Shown in pieces: positions 1 to 13,555 of a stretch of 64,000 bases of DNA (positions are counted from its first letter, which is position 1; every line of letters starts with the position of its first letter). A model generated the notes under the pieces. That model saw only the letters and a list, made by a program, of their open reading frames with translations. It was not told the DNA's origin and did no database searches. The DNA is from Hemiscyllium ocellatum (lineage: Eukaryota), in the NCBI RefSeq assembly GCF_020745735.1, contig NC_083426.1, forward strand, positions 12,214,001-12,278,000. The letters run 5' to 3'. Made by a program: the position numbers and the translations under genes.

Positions 1-2790
1 TAACAAGGTTAACAGCACAAATTATTGCGAATGAATAAGATTTAGTCACCATTACGGAGACATGGTTACAGGATGGTCACGACTACGGGTTAAATATCCA
101 GGGCTAACAGACTAGAAGGTAAGGGAGGTGGTGTCACTCTGATATTCAAGGGTGACATCAGGGCCATGCTGAGAGATGATATAGGTTCTATGGAGAATAA
201 GATTGAATCCATTTGGGTGGAAATTTGAAATTTTAAGAAGAAAATGTCACTGATAGGCATAGTCTATAGGCCACCAAATAATAACATCACATTAAGGTAG
301 ACAATAAACAAAGAAATAACTAATGCCAATAAAAATGGTATGCCAATTATCATGGGGAATTTTAATCTACATGTGGACTGGTCGAACCAGCTCTGTCAGG
401 GTAGCCTTGAGGAGGAGTTTGTTGAGTGTATCTGTGATAGTTTACTTGAACAGTGTGTAATGGAACCGACAAGGGAGCAAGTTATCCTAGATTTGGTCCT
501 GTGTTTTGGGACAGGAATAATGAATGACTTCATAGTTAGGGATCCTCTTGGAATGAGTAATTACAGTATGGTTGAATTTAGAATACAGATGGAGAGAGTG
601 AAGTTAAAATCCAATATCAGGGTCCTGTGTTTAAACAAGTGAGACTACGATAGGATGAGGGAGGACTTGGCTAAAGTAGACTGGAAACAAGACTTTATGG
701 TGGGACAGTTGATGAGCAGAGGAGGACTTCCAAGCAATTTTTCAAAGTGCTCAGCAAAAGTATATTCCAGTGAATTGAAGGACTGTAAGGAAAGGGATAA
801 TCTGCCATGGGTGTCTCAGGAAATAAGGGAGGCTATCAAATTGAAAGAGAAGGCATACAAAATGGCCAACATCAGTGGTATACTAAAAGGTTGAGAAAGC
901 TTTAAAAGTCAACAGAAAGCCACAAAATAGCTATATATTAAAGTGAGGTAGACTATGAGAAAAACCTAGCACAGAATATAAAGACACATAGCAAAAGTTT
1001 CTACAGATATATAAACCAAAAAAGAATGGCTAAAATTAACATTGGTCTTTTAAAGGATGAGAAGGGTCATTTATTAATGAGATATGATGAAATGGCCAAG
1101 GCATTGAAAATATATTTTATGTCAGTTTTCACAGTAGAGGACACAAATAACATACCAGTAACTGACAAAGAGATGGAGGTAAGTGAGGCCCTGGGAACAA
1201 TCGTTATTATGGAAGAGCAAGTGTTGGGCAAACTAATGGAGCTCAGGACAGACAAGCCTCTTTGCCCTGATGGAATGCATCCCAGGGTGCTAAAAGAGAT
1301 GGTGAGAGAAATAACAAGATTTTCAGAAATTTGCTGGATACTAGGGCACTTCCAGCAGATTGGAAAACAGCAAATATGACGCCACTGTTTAAAAAGGACA
1401 GTAGACAAATGATGGGGAATTGTAGACCGGTTAGCTGAACCTGTCATGGGGGAGTTGCTTGAGCCCATTATCAAGGAAGAAATAACAAGAAATCTCAGTA
1501 GAAATTGTCCCATTAGGCAATCGCAGTGTGGGTTCATGAAAAGCAGGTCATGCCCTTTTGGAATTCTATGAAAACATTATGAGCACTGTGGACAGTGAGG
1601 ACCCAGTAGACGTAGTGCACCTGGATTTCCAAAAGGCCTTTGATAAGGTGCTACATAAGAGGTTGCTGCATGTGATAAAGATGCATGGCATTAGGGGTAA
1701 AGTATAAGAGGATAGAGGATTGGTTAACAACAGGAGCCAAAGAGTGGGGATAAATGAGCGCAATTCTGGTTGGCAATCAGTAACAAGTGGTGTGCCTCAG
1801 GGATCGGTGCTGGGACCACAATTATACACAATTTATATAGATAATTTGGAGTTGGGGATCTGATGTACGGGGTCATAGTTTGCAGATGACACTAAGGTGA
1901 GTGGCAGAGCAAAGTGTGCAGAGGATTGTGAAACTTTGCACAGGAACATAGATAACTTATGTGATTGGCAAAGTTCCGGCCGATGGAATACATTGTTAAT
2001 TATTGTGAAGTCATCCATTTGGGTGGGAGTTACAGTAACAAGGACGATTACTTGAATGGTAAAAAGTTGCAGCATGCTGCTATGCAGAAGGACCTGGGTG
2101 TCCTTGTGCATGAATCACAGAAGGTTAGTCTGCAGATACAACAGGTAATTAGGAAGGCAAATGGAATTTTGTCCTTCATTGCTAAAGGGGTTGAGTTTAA
2201 AAGCAGAGAGGTTCTGTTGCAGCTGTATCAGGTGCTGGTGAGGCCACACCTGGAGTACAGGGTACAGTTTTGATCTCCATACTTGAGAAAGGATACACTG
2301 GCATTGGAGGGGCTGCAGAAGAGGTTCACCAGGTTGATTCAGGAGTTCAGGGGGGTTATATTATAAAAGAGACTGAGTAGACTGGGATCATATTCATTGG
2401 AATTCTGAAGAATGAAAGAGTATTTTACAGAAAGATATAAAATTATAAAGGGTATAGATAAGAGAGTTGTGGAAAGGATATTTCCACTGGCAGGTGAAAC
2501 AAGGACAAGAGGACACATCCTCAAGATGATGGGCAGCAGATATAGGATTGAATTAAGAAGGAATTTCTTCACCCAGAGGGTTGTGAATCGATGGAATTCC
2601 CTGCCCAATGAAGTAAATGGTTTTAAAGCTAATATAGATTATTTTGAACAACAAAGGAATTAAGGGTGATGGTGAGAGGGCGGGTAAGTGGAAAAGAGGC
2701 CATGAAAAGATCGGCCATGATCTTATTGAATGGACGATCAGGCTCGAAGGGCCAACTGGCCTACTCCTGCTCCAAGTTCTTATTCTTATG
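1..2790 (+). mobile_element. CR1-type LINE, ORF2 (endonuclease to RT to 3'UTR), frameshifted; 5' part outside window
   Basis: Fragmented ORFs with APE (IIMGNFNLHVDW), RT (YLDFQKAFDKV, GVPQGSVLGP, FADDTK) and C-terminal (RPHLEY, RNFFTQRVVN) motifs; ends in a short TTCTTATG-type tail at ~2790. Confidence 0.93.
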
Positions 2791-3479
2791 CCTCTAGTTC
2801 TGAACTTCCATTGCCTTTCTTACAATGTTGTTATTTATCTAATTGGAAATTCATAACAGGAAGTACCAATTTTCTGTTTGCAACCTCCCAGATTGAGGTG
2901 CAGTTTTCAGCATTAAAATTCAATACTTCATTATTTATCTCAGCTCACGGTATTTATCAAAGACCAGCAATGACAGCTTTTTTTAAGCCAGGATGTTCTG
3001 GAGAATTATTGGACAGCATGTTCTCTGTCATTTGCTCCTTCTCCATTCTTTCATCTTACACATTATTCCCAAACTGAGAGGGTGGGAGGCTGTCTGGTTC
3101 CAGCTGGTTAAGCCTTGCCTGTTAGAAGGTGCAGGAGCAGTGTGGGATGATGATATTCTGAGTTCCTCACTGACTGAAGAGATATCTCACCCACTGGAAT
3201 ATTACACAAGACTGCAGTGGACACCTGCAAATGTCCAACCATTTAACGTGATAACCCACATGGTTAACATTGGGCTGACCATTTCAGGATGTGTTACTGA
3301 AACTTGTTTGATTTGACCTTTACCTATTTGTCATTACTGTGGTTGTAAGATGCTTTTAGACCAGAAGCTGTTCTGAACATCTGTCGATCTATCAGCACCA
3401 TAATAGCCACACCTTGTCTACATCTGACAGGAGCTAACATAAAGGCTGCCTCATCAGGTATAAATACCATTATAGGAGG

Positions 3480-5382
3480 CGCTGGGGTGGCGATGGTCTC
3501 GTGGTATTATTGCTGGATTGTTCAACCAGAGACCAAGGTCAACTTCTGGGGACCTGGGTTCAAACCTTGTTGTGGCAGGTGGTGGAATCTGAATTCAACA
3601 AAAATCTGGGATTAAGAGTCTACCAATGGCCATGAATCCATTGCCAACTGTTGGAAATTCCCACCTGGTGAGAACATAGAGCATGGAACATAGAACATTA
3701 CAGTGTAGTACAGACCCTTCGGCCCTCGATGTTGCGCCGCCATGTCATACTAATCTGAAGCCCATCCCACCTACACTATTCCATGTACGTCCATATGCCT
3801 GTCCAATGACGACTTAAATGCACTTAAACTTGGTGAATCTACTACCGTTGCAGACAAAGCATTCCATACCCTTACTACTCTCTGAGTAAAGAAACTACCT
3901 CTGACCTATCTCCCCTCACTTTAAAGTTGTGTCTCCTCATGTTTGCTGTTCCCATACTTGGAAAAAGGCTCTCCCTGTCCACCCTATCTAACCCACTGAT
4001 TATCTTGTATGTCTATTAAGTCACCTCTCAACCTTCTTCTCTCTAACTAGAACAGCCTCAAAGCCCTCAGCCTTTTCTCGTAAGACATTCCATCCATACC
4101 AGGCAATATCCTAGTAAATCTCCTCTGCACCAATTCCAAAGCTTCCACATTCTTCTTTTAATGCGGTGACCAGAACTGTGCACAATACTCTGGCCATACC
4201 AGAGCTTTGTACTGCTGCAGCATAACATCCTGGATCTGAAACTCAATCCCTCTATTAATAAAGGCCAAAACACTCTATGCCTTCTTAACAACCCTGTCAA
4301 TCTGGGTGGCAACTTTCAGGGATCTGTGTACCTGGACACCGAGATCTCTCTGCTCATCTGCCCTCCCAAGAATCTTACCATTAGCTAGTACTTTGCATTC
4401 CGATTAGTCCATCCAAAATGTATCACCTCACACATGTCCATAGTAAACTCCATTTGCCACCTCTCAGCCCAGCTCTGCATCATATCTCTGTCTCTTTGCA
4501 ACCTACTACATCCTTCGTCACTATCCACAACTCCACCGACCTTAGTGTCGTCTGCAAATTTACTAACCCACCCTTCTAAGCCCTCAACCAGGTCATTTAT
4601 AAAAATGACAAACAACAGTGGACCCAACACCGACCCTTACGGTATGCCGCTAATAACTGGACACCAAAATGAACATGTTCCATCAACTACAACTCTCTGT
4701 TTTCTTTCAGCAAGCCAATTACTGATCCAAACTACTATGTCTCCCATAATCCCATTCCTGCACATTTTGTACAATAGCCTACTGTAGGAAACCTTATCGA
4801 ACGCCTTGCTGAAATCCATATGCACCAAATCAACCGGTTTACTCTCATCTACCTGTTTGATCACTTTGTCAAAAAAGTCAATAAGACTCGTTAGGCACGA
4901 CCTACCCTTCACAAAACTGTGCTGACTGTCCCTGATCAGATTATTCTTTTCTAGATGGTTATAAATCCTATCTCTTATAACCTTTTCCAACACTTTACCA
5001 ACAACTGAAGAGAGACTCACTGGCCTGTAATTACCCTTTTTAAATGAGGGTACCATATTTGCTATCCTGCAGTCCTCAGGCACTATTCCTGTAGATAATG
5101 ATGATTTGAAGATCAATGCCAAGGCTCGGCAATCTCTTCCCTTGCTTCCCAGATGATCCTAGGATAGATCCCATCCGGCCCAGGGGACTTCTCTATTTTC
5201 ACACTCTGGTTCACTCACGTCCTTCAGGGAAGGAAACTGCCTTCCTTATTCAGTCTGGCCTACATGTGACTCCAGACTAACAGTAATGTGGTTGACTCTT
5301 AAGTGCCCTCTGGGTAATTAGGGATGGACAACACATGCTGGCCCAGCAAGTGATGTCCTCATCCCCTTAATGATTAAAAAAA
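3480..5382 (+). mobile_element. DeuSINE (SacSINE1/AmnSINE-like), split by a CR1 insertion (halves 3480-3669 and 5206-5382)
   Basis: tRNA-like head, then Deu-domain-like sequence (GTCCTTCAGGGAAGGAAACTGCC...CTACATGTGACTCCAGAC...GTGGTTGACTCTTAA) and an A-rich end. Related remnants at ~9.2-10.1, 23.4 and 58.9 kb. Confidence 0.7.
3670..5205 (-). mobile_element. 5'-truncated CR1 LINE (RT and 3'UTR), decayed
   Basis: Minus-strand RT ORF fragments (GNYRPVSLSS, MDFSKAFDKV, FADDTKVGG), (CTATGTT)n-type tail at 3670-3705, 5-bp flanking duplication CTGGT (3665-3669 / 5206-5210). Confidence 0.92.
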
Positions 5383-5594
5383 GATGTGCGACTGAAAAAT
5401 GTCTCATTTGATCTTTATCTGTTGTTCATGTCAGTAATAAATTAAACTGTAATTTAAGTTTCCCACATAACTCCCTGAGCTGTGCTGCTTTACTTTGCTA
5501 CAATATGCTGCAGTGTAAACAGGGGATAACTGTTTGAAATATGAAGCAGTCTTGTTTCCTTCAAATGATTTTGTATTTCTTCTGTTTTACACAG

Positions 5595-5685
5595 TTACGT
5601 TGTCTGGGATGTGATACGCTGGGTACTCTTCACTGTCCTGGTGATTTGTTCTGTTTCAGTCACAATGTTTACACAAAAACATTAG
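5595..5685 (+). CDS. Gene A transmembrane exon (YVVWDVIRWVLFTVLVICSVSVTMFTQKH-stop); upstream exons lie before the window
   Basis: ttttacacag acceptor, phase 2, 91 nt, ends CAT TAG|gtgaac; near-identical to TM exons at 15972, 28268 and 63362. Confidence 0.8.
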
Positions 5686-5909
5686 GTGAACATCATGGCC
5701 TTTACAAGAATGATTTTGAGCACTCTAAGTTCCCCATCAATGAGGTGGCCCTGGGTGGAGGGGTTTCGAAGCAGGAGACACAGTTTGAGAAGAATGGGTT
5801 GACCATTCGGGACTGAGATGAGCAGGAATATTTTCACTCAGAGGGTGATGGTTTGTTGGAATTCTCTGCCCCAGAGAGCTCTGGAAGATCCATCCTTGAG
5901 CATATTCAA

Positions 5910-6242
5910 GATTTGGAGGTGCTGGTGTTGGACAGGGGTGGACATAGTTAAAAATCACACAACACCAGGTTATAATCCAACAGGTTTGTTTGGAGGCACA
6001 AGCTTTCGAAGTGCTGCTTCTTCATAAGAACCAAAACTCACAAACCCACAAGAAAAGATGAAAGACTTAATCTTGGTTTGTTCAATATATCATTTCAGCT
6101 GCATGAAACTGTCACCTTCTGCTATAAATTCTGTGTCTGATGGTCCTATTTCACCACCACCTAATGAAGGAGCAGCCCTTTGAAAACTAATGCCTCCAAA
6201 TAAACCTGTTGGACTATAACCTGGTGTTGTGTGACTTTTAAC
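5910..6242. mobile_element. Short Penelope-like element remnant with inverted terminal halves
   Basis: Two inverted copies of the AAATAAACCTGTTGGACTATAACCTGGTGTTGTGTGA unit with decayed hammerhead-like cores; 13-bp TSD TGAG(C/T)ATATTCAA (5897-5909 / 6243-6255); absent from paralogous introns at 16.27, 28.57 and 63.66 kb. Confidence 0.7.
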
Positions 6243-6905
6243 TGAGTATATTCAAAACAGAGATCAATAATGTTCTGGGTATGGAGGGACATGGTGGGGG
6301 AGAGAGCAAGAAAAATGGTATTCAGGTGGAAGATTTACTCTGATCCAGGTGAATGCTGAAGGAGACTCGAGGGGCTGAATAGCCTACTCTGGTCCTGCCT
6401 TATCTCTCTCCATGGTGGCCTCATGCTGTTAAATGCTGTCATTGTACCATCACTTCTTCTGGCAGCTCGTTTCCACACACACAACCCTCTGCATGAAAAA
6501 GTCACTCCTCAGGTCATTTTGAAATCTTTTCCCTCTCACCTTCAACCCAAGCCCTCTAGGTCTGGACAACCCCAAAAGGAAAAAGACCTTGGCTGTTCAC
6601 CCTGTCCATGCCCTTGTTTAAATCTCATTGGATAACATAGTCATGTGTCCTAATCTGGAATGAAGACAATGTAAATGCTGTTGGGTAGAGATATAAGTGA
6701 GTTAGTGTGTAATAGTTTCATTGGATGGAACCTTGTTATCTGTTAAAATAATAAAATATATTTGTTGCTATTCGAATGAATTGATCTGTTCAGCAGTTAT
6801 TGGTATGTACGGCTCCCATGCAGATATTAATCAACATTTAAATAAAGAAACCTGAGTCTCGTCTGACCTTAAGAGGAAATACAACTTCAAATCCCCCTTT
6901 CCCAG

Positions 6906-7150
6906 GTTCTCATAGAACATATGAGGTGCCAGACAGCAAAAGAAAATGACATATTCCCAGGTCACTGTCACTTTGTCCTTCACATGGGGAGTGTTAGGGC
7001 TAATAAGGGCTTTGTAATTCTCAAAGACATGAGCTCTGATGGGAAATTAGGGACACAATGGCTAGAGAGAGAGAATGAACAGAAACGGTGAGATGACAAA
7101 AGATCCTTGGGTCCACAGGGAGAGCAACAATAAAGAGAGGAAGAAGGATC
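6906..7150 (+). other. Candidate terminal (3'UTR) exon of gene A with poly(A) signal
   Basis: Strong ccttttcccag acceptor at 6905; AATAAA at 7129-7134 is conserved in paralogous blocks at ~17.08 and ~40.84 kb; homologous to the candidate tail exon at 29252. Confidence 0.4.
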
Positions 7151-7284
7151 ATTCTGCATCACAGGTAGAGTCTGCTGTGAAAGGATACAGATCAACAGCA
7201 TCGGTAAATGTGACGCAAACAATGTTTGCTTATTATCTCACTCAGGAAAACTGTAATTGATAAAATGAACTCCATTTGTTTCAT

Positions 7285-8483
7285 GGAGTCATAGAAATGT
7301 ACAGCCTCTTAAATGTTGCAATTGTACCAGCCTCCACCACATCCTCTGGCAGCTCATTCCATATAAGTACCACCCTCTGCGTGAAAAACTTGCCTCTTAG
7401 GTCTCTTTTATATCTTTCCCCTCTCACTCTAAACCTATGCTGTCTAGTTCTGGACTCCCTGACCCCAGGGAAAAGACTTTGCCTATTTATCCTATCCATG
7501 CCCTTCATAATTTTGTAAACCTCTACAAGGTCACCCCTCAGCCTCCGACGCTCCAGGGAAAACAGCCCCAGCCTGTTCAGCCTCTCCCTGTCGCTCAAAT
7601 CCTCCAACCCTGGCAACATCCTTGTAAATCTTTTCTGAACCCTTTCAAGTTTCACAGCATCTTTCCGATAGGAAGGAGACCAGAATTGCATGCAATATTC
7701 CAACAATGCCCTAACCAATGTCCTGTACAGCAACAACATGACCTCCCAACTCCGGTACTCAATACTCTGACCAAGAAAGGAAAGCATACTAAACGCCTCC
7801 TTCACTATGCTATCTACCTGTGACTTGACTTTCAAGGAGCTATGAACCTGCACTCCAAGGTTTCTTTGTTCAACAACACTCCCTAGGACCTTACCATTAA
7901 GTGTATAAGTCCTGCTAAGATTTGCTTTCCCAAAATGCAGCACCTCGCATTTATCTGAATTAAACTCCATCTGCCACTTCTCAGCCCATTGGCCCATCTG
8001 GTCCAGATCCTGTTGTAATCTGAGGTAACACTCTTCGCTGCCCATTACACCTCCAATTTTGGTGTAATCTGCAAACTTACTAACTGTACCTCTTATGCTG
8101 GCATCCAAATCATTAATGTAAATGACAAAAAGTAGAGGGCCCAGCATCGATCTTGAGGCACTCCACTGGTCACAGGCTTCCAGTCTGGAAAACAACTCTC
8201 CACCACCACCCTCTGTCTTCTACCTTTGAGCCAGTTATCTATCCAAATGGCTAGATCTCCCTGTATTCCATGAGATCTAACCTTGCCAATCAGTCTCCCA
8301 TGGGGAACCTTGTCGAACGCCTTACTGAAGTCCATATAAATCACATCTACTGCTCTGCCCTCATCAATCTTCTTTGTTACTTCTTCAAAAAACTCAATCA
8401 AGTTTGTGAGACATGATTTCCCACACACAAAGCCATGTTGACTATCCCGAATCAGTCCTTGCCTTTCTAAATACATGTACATC
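7285..8483 (-). mobile_element. 5'-truncated CR1 LINE (RT C-terminal half and 3'UTR)
   Basis: ORFs 7281-8195 and 8093-8635 carry RT motifs (CGKSCLTNLIEFF, MDFSKAFDKVPH, LGPLLFVIYIND); the site is empty in paralogous introns at 22.46 and 53.66 kb. Confidence 0.93.
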
Positions 8484-9308
8484 CAGTTCTGAAGATGATT
8501 TAAACTGTACTTGGAAAATGAGCAGGTACATAAAATACTCCTCACAGCCTGCAGAAACATTGCAACAACTCCAACAATCCCTGCAAAATTAAAACAGCAT
8601 TTGATTGATGGAGAATTTGCAATTTTTTTTATCAATTGGAATTTTAAATTCAGTACATGACTGTTGTGTCCAGATTTAGGGCTGATATTGGGGATAGAGT
8701 GGCAATCAGTTGTACAATGAAATATCTGTACATATTGCCTGCAGCCATTTCCTGATCTGATCTGTTTGAGCTGTCAGAGAAGAAGCAAGTCAGCATCAAG
8801 TCGAAGTGAGACACGGGAACTGTATTTGGAACTATCAGCAGCAGCTCATGTGGCTGCACTCTCACTTTTGATGCCAGCATGTTGGGGGTTCCAGTTCCCC
8901 TTCGGGGTTAAAATCCAGCTGGATCCCACTGCCCAGCAGAGAGAAGTAATGCTGTGCTGTGGCAGGTGAGACAGTGTCAATGAGGTGATAAACTGAGAAC
9001 CTGTTCCCCGTTAGGAATGGCACCATTTGTAAACTATTTACAGAATAGAGGTTCTCCGAGCAACCATTCATTCCTCAATCAATGTTACCAGTAACAACCA
9101 GATTTTTGAGAGAATGATGTTAATGCTACTGGCTGCTGCAAATTAACTTCTAGTTATTGCTGCATTCCAACTCTTTGTTTCCATCAACTCAGTGACTCAC
9201 AGGATGGGAGGGATTTTGGGATCTCCTCAGATTTTGTAAAGTACCAAAACCCATCTGATTCATCAATGTCCTTTAGGGAAGGAAATCTGCTGCCATTTCC
9301 AGGTCTGC

Positions 9309-9969
9309 TGTGAAAAAAGATTTGCTAACCCACGATAGGCCCACAAAAGCAAAATTTGCCAAACTGTACCACAACACCCAGAATTCCCAAGCAGCTTACA
9401 AGCTGAATCAGACAGCACAGACAAGGGAATACACTTTAAGCTCCCATGGACATGATAGAGCACCACAGATATGTCAAAGCCCTAAGGGCAGTTTCACAAC
9501 CCAGCAATACCAAAGCCACACAAAGAGCAGGTCAGACAGAAAGGCACCAGCAAGGACATGTCCAGGCACAGGAGAATGGAAGCACCTCACCATTTCACAA
9601 GAGACATTAACATCTACCTGTGAAGAGGAATGGAACCATTGTTACTGTCAGGATGTTGCATTGTGTGAAGGAATTGGACATTCATGTGATAACTGTTTTC
9701 CAATTAGCATCCTTGTAACTAGATTACTCCATTTCCAGATACATTGTAGTTTCCCATTTCTTACTCAGTGTCATTGTGTAACATTATTATAAAGCTGGTC
9801 TCATCCTCAGCTCTGGGAAGAGAAATCTGATCTACCTGTGCAGACTGTCAGTTCTGTGTCAGTCTAGTCAATTTCTCTTCCAGTGATATGGCTTGTAATA
9901 AATTGTTTGTCAATTTCACTTCGAGCTGTGTTTTGTGATCTCTAACCTATTGGGCAAATTTCTCCGAAA
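9309..9969 (+). mobile_element. Probable solo LTR (661 bp)
   Basis: Starts TG; 5-bp TSD TCTGC (9304-9308 / 9970-9974); internal TATAAA (~9789) and AATAAA (~9898); site is empty in paralogs at 23.43 and 58.98 kb. Terminal CA not preserved. Confidence 0.6.
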
Positions 9970-10459
9970 TCTGCTCTACATGGGACTCCAGCAATGTGGT
10001 TTGTTCCGAATTGCCCTCTTCAAATGGTCTAGAAAGCCACTCAGTCAGGGGTAATTAGGAATGGGCAACGAAAGCTAGCCATTAAAGAACAACAGATCAA
10101 AAATTAACAGTTTAATTGTTGCAGAAATGATTCCTTTAAAACACACCCAAGCCATGCTGTTTGTACTCTTTGGAGATTGGAAACCCCATTGGATCTACCT
10201 CATGGATCTTTACGGTTCAGGAGATGGAAAATCGCTGGCAGGATCTGTGTCTGGAGATGAGGTTTCATATTATTCTTGAAAGTTCAAAAATCAACCCCAG
10301 GAGGGTAGAAGTGACCACTGCCAATATCAGCAAGTGACAGCCCCATGTGAAACCCCTGGTTTTCAACAAGTGGGATATCTGGGTTGTAGTTACCAGTCCA
10401 AACCCTTTAACAAACCCAAATGGAACACATCAACTCTCAGATTCAGGAAATAAAATAAC

Positions 10460-11605
10460 TCTGAGATTTGTGAAATTGTGCTGACCAATCCTGATTGAGA
10501 TATTTAATAAAGTAACCAAAACGAATGGTGACAGCACAGCAGTACACATTGTCTACACAGGCATTATGGACAGGGTTCCACAGGGTAGACCAATCAGTAA
10601 AGTTAGATCACATGGGATTCTGGGTCAGCTTGCCAACTCGAGACAAAATTGGTTTGGTGGCAAGAGACAGAGGGTGGTGTTGAAGGGTATTTTTGGATGG
10701 GAGATCTGTGATTAGTGGTGTTTCGCAGGGATTGGTGCAATTTATATCAGCAATTTGGATAGGAATTCAAGAGACATGGGTAATGGGTTTTTGGATGACT
10801 CCAAATTTGGTCAATAGTCAACAGTGAAGAAGATTATCTAAGATTATCAAGGTATTTTGATCAATAGGGTCGATGGGCTGATGAATGGCAGATGGAGGTT
10901 AATTTGGATGAATGTGAGGTTAAGCATTTTGGTAAAACAAACAAGGGGAGGACTTTACAATTAATGGACGGGCCCTGGGTAGTGCTTTTCAACAGAGAGA
11001 CCTCAGCTTTCAGGTTAAGAAGGTGTTTAGCACGCCTGTCTAAATTACTCAGATCTCTGAGTATCAGAGTTGGAACAGGATGTTTCTGAGGCCACTTTTG
11101 GAGCACTGTGTCCAGTTCTGGTCACCCTGCAAGAGGAAGGTTATTATTCAACTGGAGAGGGTTCAGAAAAGATTTATCAAGATATTGCGAAATCCGGAGG
11201 GTTTGAGTTATAAGGATAGGTTATGGGGAGACCTTGCTGAAGTTTCCAAAATTGTGAGGGGTATCAGTCAGTTGAATAGAAAAGGGTTTTTATTTCCGTA
11301 GCATAGGAGAGTACAAAGTAAGGGGCATATTTTAATGTGAGATGAGAAAGATGTAAAAGAGACCTAAGGGACAATGTTTCCATGTAGTGGGTGGTCCATA
11401 TGTAGAATGAAATGCCAGAGGACATGGTAGATGAAGGTATAGTTCCAACATTTAAAAGAGATTTGGATTGGTAAGTGAACAGGAAAGGTTTGGAGGGACG
11501 TGGGACAAATGCAGGCAAGTAGAACCAGTTTATTATGAGAAACCTGTTCAGCCTGGACATATTGAACAGAAGGATCTATTTCTGTGCCATATGAATCTAT
11601 GACAC
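10460..11605 (+). mobile_element. Old decayed CR1 RT/3' fragment, part of the duplicated gene unit
   Basis: Degenerate RT motifs (QMEVNLDECEVKHFGK, RPLLEHCVQFWSP); homologous copies at ~23.92-25.79 kb and ~59.48-60.79 kb. Confidence 0.8.
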
Positions 11606-11692
11606 TGGTTGGAATAATGAAGGGCAAAGTGTTGGGACTTTTTTGGCTTTTCAATTACAGTCTGTTTTGTCATAATTGTTTCTTTCCCAAAG

Positions 11693-12733
11693 AAGCCATC
11701 TCCGTTCCTGGACTTCAATTTTGATGACAACCAAATGTCTCACGTTCAGTGGGCACAGTGCCAATCTCCTGCAATTCTGCCCAGGGATCCCTCCCCATTC
11801 ACTACCTTCTCAAGAAGACCCCATCTCAAGATCTCTGACTCCAATAAACTGGATCTACAACATCAATCCTTCAAACACCATGTGGAGGTGCCGGTGTTGG
11901 ACTGGGTTGGATAAGGTCAATAATCACACAACACCAGGTTAGAGTCCAACAGGTTTATTTGGAAACACTAGCTTTTGGAGTGTCGCTCCTTCATCAGGGG
12001 ATATTAGACAGAAAGATTTCAGACACAGCATTTATAAGGAAATAATCAATGGATCATACAACACATGCAAGCGAATTGAACACACGTAAGTTGGCTGTTA
12101 AATCTTCAATCATTTAGAATGGAAGTGCAGGTTTCGATTGATTAATATATAAATCCTAGAATTTCTTTCCAGTGGCTGTCCTGAGGTAAGTATTATCAAT
12201 ATAAAGGAGGTGACACCTCTGGTCAGACAGTGTATTTTGGGTGTGAGGTTTTGTTTGGAGTGCTCAGTTGGAGTCAAACAGATTTTTTTCCCCAAAGTAA
12301 GAGTTTATACAATGATACATTGACTGACTATCTACAAATTTCTAAATTTGTGCTTCCTAAATAAAATAGAATGTATCTGCAAACACAAATCTGCAAGTGC
12401 AAATTCACCCCACAGACTTATTGTTTAAAAAGCACACAATCTATAGATAGTCAGACAATGTGACATTTTATAAACTCCTACTTTGGAAATAAAACCAGTC
12501 TCACTCCAGCCTGATGGAGGAGCAGTGTTCTGAAAGCTCATGTTTACAAATAAACCTGTTGGACCACAACCTGGTGTGTCGTTTTTGACCTAATCCTTCA
12601 CACAGCAACATCATCAATATTACTGCACAGCCTCAAAGACTCAAGGGATCAAACGCCAGTGAAATTGTTCATGTATCAGTTACCAGGGTAGCAGAGAGGG
12701 GCTGTAGTTCCATGATATAAATCAGCAGCATCG
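11693..12733 (+). pseudogene. Dead second C2 Ig exon (C2b) copy 1, split by a Penelope-like insert
   Basis: Homologous to C2 exon 22061-22384; early stop (CTT CAA TTT TGA), deletions, TAA at 12718-12720; interrupted at 11874-12591. Confidence 0.85.
11874..12591. mobile_element. Penelope-like element fragment with inverted ends
   Basis: 9-bp TSD AATCCTTCA (11865-11873 / 12592-12600); both ends carry the AAATAAACCTGTTGGAC unit; hammerhead-like core at 11966-11997 (minus strand) with G12 mutated. Confidence 0.7.
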
Positions 12734-13207
12734 GTAAATTTTATACAAACACTGAGGCTGACGCATTCATTTAATGTCTATTCAAACTGCTCATTGGTTA
12801 AGTTTCTTGTCTAACTACGAACAACTGCACCTCGTCCCGTTACCTCATCACGGATAAAATTGGGCTGACCATTCCAGGATATGTTACTGCAACTTGTTTC
12901 ATTTAAGCTTTATCTATTGCTCCTTTCTGTGGCTGTAAAGCACATTCAGACCAGAAACTGTTCTGTCCAACTGCTGATTTGTCAGAACTAGCCACGCTTT
13001 GTCTACACCTGACAGGAGCTAACATAAAGACTGCCTCATCGGATATAAATACCTTCACAGGACGTACTACAGCGGATTCTTTCATTTGAACCTTATCTGT
13101 TGTTCAGGTTAGTAATAAAATACACGGTAATTTAATTTTCCCACAAAACTGCGTTAGCTTTGCTGCTTTTACTTTGCTACAGTATACTGCAGTGTAACAG
13201 GTTAACA

Positions 13208-13477
13208 GGGGCGGCATGGTGGCTCAGTGGTTAGCACTGCTGCCTCATAGCACCGGGGATCTGGGTTTGATTCCCACCTCAGGTGACTGTGTGGCGTTTG
13301 CAAAATCCCACCATATCTGCTTGGGTTTCCTCTGGGTGCTCAGGTTTCCTTCCACAAGTCAATGATAAATTGCCCCGAGTCGGGGTAAATGTAGAGGAGA
13401 GGATCCAGGTCGGTTACTCTTCAGAGGTTGAATGCAGACTTGAAGGGTCTGTTTCCATGCTGAAGAGAATCTAATCT
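13208..13477 (+). mobile_element. HE1/V-SINE family tRNA-derived SINE
   Basis: GGCGGCATGGTGGCTCAGTGGTTAGCACTGCTGCCTCA head, V-domain-like GGGTTTCCTCTGGGTGCTC, AATCT-repeat tail. Confidence 0.85.
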
Positions 13478-13555
13478 AACAAGGGAATATGTATTTCAAC
13501 TATGAAGCAGTCTTGTTTACTTCAAATGATTTTGCATTTCTTCTGTTTTACACAG

